Part shown: piece by piece, positions 58,025 to 64,000 of the stretch | How the letters are laid out: the number at the start of each line of letters is the position of its first letter | Numbering within the stretch: position 1 is the stretch's first letter | Assembly: GCA_030037075.1 (NCBI GenBank) | Contig: JASHRX010000023.1 | Location: 4,008 to 68,007 of the forward strand | DNA from: Candidatus Micrarchaeota archaeon | GTDB lineage: Archaea; Micrarchaeota; Micrarchaeia; Micrarchaeales; Micrarchaeaceae | Direction: 5' to 3' | DNA: 64,000 nucleotides | The notes under the pieces: model-generated | The model's input: only the letters and a program-made list of their open reading frames with translations | The model's database searches: none | What the model was told of the DNA's origin: nothing | Program-made: the position numbers and the translations under genes

Positions 58025-58333
58025 ATGGTAATGGGGGAGAAAGTGGCAGCCTCAAGAAAGAAGCAGAAGTTCTGGAACCTCCAGCGTATGTTGGCCTTGT
58101 TCCTGATGATTACCGCAATAGTGGAGATAACGGGCAGTTTCGGTGAGGCCTCGTGGGCGATACAGGTCACCCACCTTATACAGGTCAGGCACCCCTACTT
58201 CTCAGACACGGTGCGCGTGGTCGCAGCGGTAGTCAGCATTGCATGGTGGGTCATAGTTCTTCTCATTTCAGTATACCTGTTCGTGGACAAGAATTTCTGG
58301 GAGAACAAGATATTCGAGAACAGGAGAATGTAG
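58025..58333 (+). CDS. Small membrane protein of unknown function (2-3 TM)
   Basis: Hydrophobic segments MLALFLMITAIVEI and VVAAVVSIAWWVIVLLISVYLF. Confidence 0.4.
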   Translation: MVMGEKVAASRKKQKFWNLQRMLALFLMITAIVEITGSFGEASWAIQVTHLIQVRHPYFSDTVRVVAAVVSIAWWVIVLLISVYLFVDKNFWENKIFENRRM

Positions 58334-58335
58334 TT

Positions 58336-58917
58336 CTACTTTCCTCTTTGAGTTCTTTTTGTAACAAGGAGCTCGTCCAACTTCGATCCCGGATCGTACT
58401 TTAGCAAAACAAACCCGAGTATCAGGAGTACGATCCACCCCACTATGATCAGGTTTATCGATGATAGGCCGCCCATTATGTTGAAGCGGCCTGGGAAGGC
58501 GCCAGGGGTGACTCCCGGGATGCCCACCACGCCCGACAGGAAGTATATGCCGAGGTTGAAGATGTTGAACAGGATGGACAGTGGGTACCAGGTGCGGAGC
58601 CCCAGCAGGAATACCACCGCTATGATCGAATACGCTATTATCTCAACGTCGAACCAGAATGACGTGACGCTGAAAGATGAGAAGCTCGCATGCGATGTAG
58701 TGCTTATTTGGTTGGACGGCGCAGCATGGCTCGAGAATGAAGAAGATGAGGCGGTCACATACGCGAGATGGCCGGCCGCTATGAGCAGCGCGAAAACTGC
58801 AGCGAACGCCCTGCCTATGTGAAGTATCTCTTCATGGCTCAGCCATTTCTTCCCTGACTTCTGCAATTCACCACTTAGAGAACCTAATGTGCACCAAACA
58901 TATAAATGCTTAGCCAA
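58336..58917 (-). CDS. Membrane protein of unknown function (4-5 TM, Ser-rich loop)
   Basis: Several clear TM segments; no recognisable motif. Confidence 0.45.
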   Translation of the reverse strand: MAKHLYVWCTLGSLSGELQKSGKKWLSHEEILHIGRAFAAVFALLIAAGHLAYVTASSSSFSSHAAPSNQISTTSHASFSSFSVTSFWFDVEIIAYSIIAVVFLLGLRTWYPLSILFNIFNLGIYFLSGVVGIPGVTPGAFPGRFNIMGGLSSINLIIVGWIVLLILGFVLLKYDPGSKLDELLVTKRTQRGK

Positions 58918-58978
58918 ATATTACTACAAAGAAGCGTATCCTTATCAATTACGGGCATTCCCGTAATGGCATGACCCC

Positions 58979-59704
58979 ATGGAGAAGCAAGAGATAATAT
59001 TCCTGAATTCCGTCTTCTTTGTGATAGGCTTCACGGTAGTCTTTGCTGCTGTTGGGATACTCCTGCAGACTGTGCTGGCACACGTCGTGCATGCCATGGC
59101 ACTGCTGCGAGAGGCCGGCGGCCTTATCATTATAGTGTTCGGAATACTACTTGTCCTGTCAACGAGGTACATAATCCCGTTCTTCAACGCAGAGCACAAG
59201 ATACACGTGAAAAGGTACGAGAACAGCTACCTCTTCTCTTTTGTTTTCGGGCTCTCCTTCGCGATAGGGTGGACGCCTTGCGTTGGCGCTATACTTGGAT
59301 CAATCTACGTCTTTGCGGCCACCTCTCCTGGTATCGGATTCTTTCTCCTCCTCTCCTATGCATTTGGCCTCGGCATACCTTTCCTCCTTGTAGGCGCATT
59401 CACTTCAAAGTTCGCCGGCTTTCTCCAGAGGTTCAAGCGCTTCCTCAGGTACTTCACTGTGGGCAGCGGCCTATTCCTTGTATTCATGGGCGTCCTGGTA
59501 GTGACAGGTTATATAGGGATGCTATCCGTATTCCTCATCAGTCAAAACAGCGGCATGATAACTCTGGCGGACCAGCTTAACTTCGCTATCGCGATTGTGG
59601 CAGGTGTCATAACGTTCCTATCCCCGTGCATACTCCCGCTGGTCCCGGCATACCTGTCGTACATGGCGGGCACCGCGGCAGGCGAGGTGGTTAAACGAAA
59701 GTGA
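58979..59704 (+). CDS. ccdA: CcdA/DsbD-family thiol-disulfide electron transporter
   Basis: 6 TM helices with the two half-site motifs WTPCVGAILG and LSPCILPLVPAYL. Confidence 0.8.
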   Translation: MEKQEIIFLNSVFFVIGFTVVFAAVGILLQTVLAHVVHAMALLREAGGLIIIVFGILLVLSTRYIIPFFNAEHKIHVKRYENSYLFSFVFGLSFAIGWTPCVGAILGSIYVFAATSPGIGFFLLLSYAFGLGIPFLLVGAFTSKFAGFLQRFKRFLRYFTVGSGLFLVFMGVLVVTGYIGMLSVFLISQNSGMITLADQLNFAIAIVAGVITFLSPCILPLVPAYLSYMAGTAAGEVVKRK

Positions 59705-60765
59705 ACATATACACAATCGTCTTCGGCATCATAGCGGTGATAGCTGTGGCCGCAATAGCGTCCACATATCTCTTCAACAAGGTTCCAGCCGCTGCCCAGA
59801 ACATAACAACAGTATCGAGCCTCAAGGACTACGGCAAGGCGCCCAACATAGTAGGAATATCGGGTTGGATAAACTCGCAGCCGCTTAATCTCACTCAACT
59901 GAAGGGCAAGGTTGTACTCATCGATTTCTGGACCTACTCATGCATAAACTGCATACGCACCATACCCTTCCTCAACGGCCTCAACCAGGAGTATGGTAAG
60001 GACGGCCTTGTGATTATTGGAGTAAGCACGCCAGAATTCCAGTTCGAGCACAACTACACGAACGTGCTGAACGCGGTAAAGAGGTTCGGGATACAGTACC
60101 CAGTGGCGCTCGACAACAATTATTCCACTTGGACGGCCTACAACAATGAGTACTGGCCAGCCGATTACCTGATAAACAGCAGCGGGTACATAAAATACGA
60201 AGCATTCGGCGAAGCTGATTTCAACACAACCCAGCAGGTAATCAGGCTGCTGCTCCAGAACGCCGGTTACAATGTTAGCCCCGGTTTGGTGAACTTCACT
60301 GACCCGGCAAACTTTTCGCAGATAGGCACTCCCGAAATATACTTGGGGTATGACAAGGCTAGAGAGCCGCTAGGCAATCTGCCGGGATTCGTTCCAAACA
60401 CAACGGTCAATTACGCAATAAACAACATAAGCGAGGGCAACTTGGTGTACCTGCAGGGCGAGTGGTACGATGCACCGGAGTACATCGAATCTGAGGGCAA
60501 CAGTTCAGCGCTTGTCCTCGTCTACCAGGCAAAGGACGTCAACATAGTGGCTAGCGGCAACTCTAGTCTTGAAGTTTTCCTGGATGGCGCACCGCTCAAT
60601 CAGTCGTACCTCGGGTCTGACGCAAGGTTGGTCAATGGCAGTGCTGTTGTTCGAATAAACTCATCAAGGCTGTACAACCTTGTAGCTGCACCCTCTTACG
60701 GCATACACGAGATAGAGATAAAAGCAAATCCAGGGATTCAGATATACACATTCACATTTGGCTAG
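59701..60765 (+). CDS. Membrane-anchored thioredoxin-like (TlpA/redoxin) protein with a C-terminal beta-sandwich, resembling the DipZ C-terminal part
   Basis: N-terminal TM, KVVLIDFWTYSCINCIRT (CxxC), YWPADYLI, then a ~150-aa beta-rich domain. A 4-nt overlap with ccdA. Confidence 0.75.
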   Translation: MNIYTIVFGIIAVIAVAAIASTYLFNKVPAAAQNITTVSSLKDYGKAPNIVGISGWINSQPLNLTQLKGKVVLIDFWTYSCINCIRTIPFLNGLNQEYGKDGLVIIGVSTPEFQFEHNYTNVLNAVKRFGIQYPVALDNNYSTWTAYNNEYWPADYLINSSGYIKYEAFGEADFNTTQQVIRLLLQNAGYNVSPGLVNFTDPANFSQIGTPEIYLGYDKAREPLGNLPGFVPNTTVNYAINNISEGNLVYLQGEWYDAPEYIESEGNSSALVLVYQAKDVNIVASGNSSLEVFLDGAPLNQSYLGSDARLVNGSAVVRINSSRLYNLVAAPSYGIHEIEIKANPGIQIYTFTFG

Positions 60766-61318
60766 TGGTCCATTGAAGCTCATATTTGTCAGGCACGGGG
60801 AGAGCATTTCGAACAAGGCTGGCAGGGTAACCGGCAGCGTGAATGCGCCACTGACAGAAAGAGGAAGAAGGCAGGCCGCAAAGGCAGCCAGAGAACTTGC
60901 GAAGACACACATTGATGTGATATATTCAAGCCCATTGAAGAGGGCGGTAAGCACCGCCAAGATAATTGCAAAGACACAAGGCAAGGTGCCGCTGATTTTT
61001 AAGAGCGACCTGAGGGAGCGGCACCACGGCTCATGGGAAGGCAAGAAGATATCAAACATACCGGAGTGGCACAAGCGGTACGAGCTTGGGTTCAAGCCAG
61101 GTGGAGGGGAAAGCCCGGAAGAACTTTACAGAAGGGTCAAGCGACTAATGAAATTGGTTCTAAAGAAACACAGGAATCACACGGTCGTAATAGTGGCGCA
61201 CGGCGCGGTTGGCCGCATGGTGAGAATAATCGCAACTGGCAGAGGTCCAGAGGCCGCAATCGGCATGAAGACGATGTCAAACGCTGCGATAAACCGCTTC
61301 AATATAGATAAGATCTAG
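60758..61318 (+). CDS. Histidine phosphatase (phosphoglycerate-mutase family)
   Basis: LIFVRHGES..N catalytic motif and VVIVAHGA. Confidence 0.8.
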   Translation: MASGPLKLIFVRHGESISNKAGRVTGSVNAPLTERGRRQAAKAARELAKTHIDVIYSSPLKRAVSTAKIIAKTQGKVPLIFKSDLRERHHGSWEGKKISNIPEWHKRYELGFKPGGGESPEELYRRVKRLMKLVLKKHRNHTVVIVAHGAVGRMVRIIATGRGPEAAIGMKTMSNAAINRFNIDKI

Positions 61319-61481
61319 CCCTAAACAGCGCTTCCGCTCAGGTTGGTGAGGAATTATACTCAACTGCAAGAGTATTAAATCTTTTCCCAGCAACGTCACA
61401 AATCTCCCGTCGACAAACAGGTATTAATATCTGGCAGGTGTCCCTTCTAGCAAAATACCAGTTCGTTGCGGTAGATGAACC

Positions 61482-61634
61482 ATGAAGGATGTAACCACAC
61501 TGACGGCGCAAAGCGAGCGACAGATAAGCGACCTTGCAAGGCATGGCGAACGAAATCCAGTGGCCTATGAGAAGTTCGAAGGCAGAATCGGCAGCCATCT
61601 CAGGTATGTGAACCACAGACTTCACAGGCGCTGA
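61482..61634 (+). CDS. Candidate 50-aa basic/helical small protein, below the ORF-track cutoff and antisense to the 95-aa ORF at 61338-61625
   Basis: My hand translation is MKDVTTLTAQSERQISDLARHGERNPVAYEKFEGRIGSHLRYVNHRLHRR. It looks more protein-like to me than the opposite-strand ORF, but neither has a recognisable motif. Confidence 0.25.
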   Translation: MKDVTTLTAQSERQISDLARHGERNPVAYEKFEGRIGSHLRYVNHRLHRR

Positions 61635-61730
61635 TCGAATATCGGCAAGAGAAGTCCTTGAACCTACTTACCGCGCTCTAAGATGCTCTAAAGGTTAATA
61701 GAATTATCAGTAGCTATTCCTAGGAAAATC

Positions 61731-62582
61731 ATGGTCACTCTGATACAGGTAATCCATTCAATAATAATCGGGATAGTACAAGGCACAGCAGAGTGGCTAC
61801 CGATAAGCAGCAAAACCCAGGTCCTCATAGCCTCGCAGGCGCTGCTAAACCTGACGTACTCGCAGGCATACACATTCGGCCTCTTCATGGAGATAGGCAC
61901 GGTCATAGCGGCCATAATTTACTTCAGAAGGGAGCTCTGGACTCTGGTAAAGGTTCTCTTCTTCAGGACAAGGCAGAAGGAAGACAGGAAACTCTTCGTG
62001 TACGTACTGGTTGCAACTGTGGTCACAGGTATAATTGGGGCGCCGCTCTATCTTGTGGCAGACTCTCTCACAAACATACCGCTCGGAGTGCCGATGCTGA
62101 TTGTAGGTTTGGTTCTCATAGGGGACGCGCTTTTCATAAGATATTCGAGAAAAAAGCAGCAGCACGGAGGAAACACAAGGAAGTTCAAGGACCTAAGCCT
62201 CAAGGATTATGTAATAGTGGGAATCGCACAGGGTATAGCGGCCCTGCCGGGCGTCAGCCGGTCCGGCATCACAACAAGCACGTTGCTCGTGCTCAACGTT
62301 GAGCCTGACGAGGCATTCAGGCTCTCATTCCTAATCGGCATATTCGCTGCAGTAGCAGCATTTGGGCTCACGCTTGTCGCAACAAAAAGCAACGTCAAGG
62401 CAGACCTTGCTGCGATAGGGACTATAGGGCTAGTAGTTGCAATAGTCACTTCAATGATAGTCAGCCTCTTCCTGATAGACTTCATGATAAAAATCGCCGG
62501 GAAGTCAAAAATAGTCTATGTGACCGCCGCGCTTGGAGTGATAGCAGTAGTCGCGGGCGTCCTCCTTACAGTAGGGATATAG
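61731..62582 (+). CDS. uppP: Undecaprenyl/dolichyl-diphosphate phosphatase (UppP/BacA family)
   Basis: GIVQGTAEWLPISSKTQ and PGVSRSGITTS motifs. Confidence 0.85.
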   Translation: MVTLIQVIHSIIIGIVQGTAEWLPISSKTQVLIASQALLNLTYSQAYTFGLFMEIGTVIAAIIYFRRELWTLVKVLFFRTRQKEDRKLFVYVLVATVVTGIIGAPLYLVADSLTNIPLGVPMLIVGLVLIGDALFIRYSRKKQQHGGNTRKFKDLSLKDYVIVGIAQGIAALPGVSRSGITTSTLLVLNVEPDEAFRLSFLIGIFAAVAAFGLTLVATKSNVKADLAAIGTIGLVVAIVTSMIVSLFLIDFMIKIAGKSKIVYVTAALGVIAVVAGVLLTVGI

Positions 62583-63425
62583 CTAATCCCCGAAGAGCGA
62601 CCTTATTATGATCTTGAGCGTGCTCAGCTCCTTTATCCTCCTGTAGGAGTACCCGACCCATTTCTCCCCGAATGTCACGTATACCGATACGTTGTATCCG
62701 TCGCTGGCGAGCTTGGCGGCGTAGACGCTTCGTATGCCAGTTAGCATCGCGATTGTTAGGTCTCTTTCGTACTTCATGTTCAGCGCCGCAGCCCTCTCTA
62801 TTATGTCGGAATCGTGCGTGCCTATGGTGAAGCTCTTGAAGTGCGCGAAAAGGTAGTCCATCAGCCTGTAGTAGTTGTGCGTTGTCTCCTCTGGGCTGTA
62901 GAAGAGCTCCTCCTTTGATCGGTGCGCCCCGCGCACAAGCCTGACCACGGAATTGTGCCGCGCAAGCCTCTCAAGGTCACCGTGGCTCCTCTTCAAGTAC
63001 GCCTGTATGCATATGCCCGTGTTCCCCTTGTCGACTCCATCTACATAGACGTCTATCGTGTCCTCAACGAATTGCGGGCCTTCCATGTCCAGCCAAACAA
63101 ATACCTTGCTCTTCAGCGCCAGGTTCACTATTTCAAGGTAATTCTTTTTGAAGAGCGCCTTGCTCAGCGCAAGGCCAATCTGCGTCGGCTTCATGGTTAT
63201 GTCCGCCTTCAGCTTCCTCTCCTTGATCTCCTTTATCAGCTTAACGTATTTCGAGACGGCCGCCTCTACATCAGCCTCTTCTTTTATCTCCTCCCCGAGG
63301 TAGTTTATTATCGCGCGTATGCCCTGCCTGTTCAGCTTGGCAGCCGACCTTACTGCGTCGCTTATCTCAGGCCCCGCTAGCCACCTTCCCGCAACTTCCC
63401 TCTCAAAGAAACGGTTGACCGACAT
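62583..63425 (-). CDS. Proline dehydrogenase family protein (stand-alone, 280 aa)
   Basis: TIM-barrel PRODH pattern (INYLGEEI..., KPTQIGL, VWLDMEG, IQAYLKRS, VRLVRGA, GTHD). Confidence 0.6.
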   Translation of the reverse strand: MSVNRFFEREVAGRWLAGPEISDAVRSAAKLNRQGIRAIINYLGEEIKEEADVEAAVSKYVKLIKEIKERKLKADITMKPTQIGLALSKALFKKNYLEIVNLALKSKVFVWLDMEGPQFVEDTIDVYVDGVDKGNTGICIQAYLKRSHGDLERLARHNSVVRLVRGAHRSKEELFYSPEETTHNYYRLMDYLFAHFKSFTIGTHDSDIIERAAALNMKYERDLTIAMLTGIRSVYAAKLASDGYNVSVYVTFGEKWVGYSYRRIKELSTLKIIIRSLFGD

Positions 63426-64000
63426 TCAACCAAGTTCTATCTTTACACCCGCGTTATTTGGATTGACATCAAGGATGGTTAGCTCCTTCACGCTCTCCAG
63501 ATACCGCACCAGGCCCCTCCTGCTTCCTTCATCTGTAGTTAATGCAACCAACGAGTCCTTGCCTCCAGATCCCGGCAGCTTCGCAACAAAAGCGCCATTC
63601 TGCTTGCTCCCCTCTATTATCTCCGAGCACTCGTCAGGTTCGATCCCTATGTCTGCAAGGTTCCCTAGTTCCTTTGTGAGTCTCCTTCCAGTCTCAAAAT
63701 GCTCTCTGAACATGTCAAGCTGCTCCCTTGTCTCCTCATTATTTATATCTTTGAGTGCCTTTAGCGCGCTGATGTTTGCGCCATTTATCTGTTTTATCAT
63801 ATCCTCGTAGCCCTCAGGGTTCTCCTCCTTGAACTGCTTCACCTTCGACACGAATGATACGGTGGAAGCCGACTCATTCCGGAACCCCGCGTAAACCATG
63901 CCGAACATTTCTGGTAGCGCAAGCTTGTCTATCTTGTAGTCCCACTTCGTCTTGGTAAGTTTCACTATATCGTCGCATGTGTAGTCCTGCGGCAGAGACT
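63426..64000 (-). CDS. GHMP-kinase family protein (phosphomevalonate-kinase-like), N-terminus outside the window
   Basis: C-terminal GHMP motif AKLPGSGGKDSLVAL. The reading frame stays open up to the window edge. Confidence 0.45.
   Translation of the reverse strand, partial: SLPQDYTCDDIVKLTKTKWDYKIDKLALPEMFGMVYAGFRNESASTVSFVSKVKQFKEENPEGYEDMIKQINGANISALKALKDINNEETREQLDMFREHFETGRRLTKELGNLADIGIEPDECSEIIEGSKQNGAFVAKLPGSGGKDSLVALTTDEGSRRGLVRYLESVKELTILDVNPNNAGVKIELG

Noticed and set aside
61640-61700. GAGAAGUCC resembling the RNase P RNA CR-I motif (GGAAAGUCC).
   Set aside because: It is a single short imperfect match, in the wrong position relative to any possible P1-P4 helices, and only ~70 nt from the uppP start. 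There is no room for an RNase P RNA.
1-64000. CRISPR arrays, rRNA genes, IS elements or transposases, integrases and toxin-antitoxin pairs.
   Set aside because: I saw no regularly spaced direct repeats, no rRNA-like conserved stretches, no terminal inverted repeats flanking transposase-like ORFs and no recognisable defence-system proteins. The only mobile-type gene is the LAGLIDADG ORF.

Overview
Densely packed archaeal chromosomal segment, roughly 50% G+C by eye, with AT-rich TATA-type promoters placed so close to the start codons that most genes look leaderless or short-leadered. Housekeeping content: a fragment of the ribosomal S10-like operon (uL3-uL4-uL23-uL2-uS19-uL22-uS3) running straight into the oligosaccharyltransferase AglB; eL15, TFE, GINS, eL42, aIF2-alpha, PAC2, a bacterial-type MetK, RadA, diphthine synthase, gyrase B/A, Trm56, an Lhr-type helicase, D-aminoacyl-tRNA deacylase, nuoABCD, prefoldin beta, Mre11, the tail of the spc operon (adk-DUF106-eL34-cmk-eL14), thermosome, Mrp/ApbC, a single-OB SSB, a small envelope glycan/lipid cluster, UppP, proline dehydrogenase and a partial GHMP kinase. 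There are four complete tRNA genes (iMet, Gly, Lys, Trp) plus one tRNA truncated at the window edge; three of the four complete ones carry introns. A 389-aa three-unit tRNA-splicing endonuclease also sits in the window. The endonuclease, the gyrase and the broken ribosomal superoperon suggest a small-genome DPANN (Micrarchaeota/ARMAN-like) archaeon. That assignment is an inference from gene content, not a database result. Most interesting regions: (1) 18305-27693, a seven-gene same-strand cell-surface locus. It encodes a 1493-aa multi-domain secreted protein, three tandem 173-aa paralogs that share its C-terminal ~125-aa domain ending in an invariant terminal Cys, two Sec-exported Ig-like proteins with C-terminal membrane anchors, and an embedded MinD/ParA ATPase. 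I cannot assign the shared domain to any family I know. (2) 13430-14377, an AT-rich LAGLIDADG homing-endonuclease gene wedged between a degenerate 5' tRNA-Gly half, which overlaps the metK stop codon, and an intact intron-containing tRNA-Gly whose 5' half is encoded inside the endonuclease ORF. (3) An extracytoplasmic thiol-disulfide toolkit (VKOR, DUF929, CcdA plus a DipZ-like thioredoxin) scattered through the window, which fits the Cys-terminated surface proteins. I saw no CRISPR arrays, rRNA genes, integrases or transposases.
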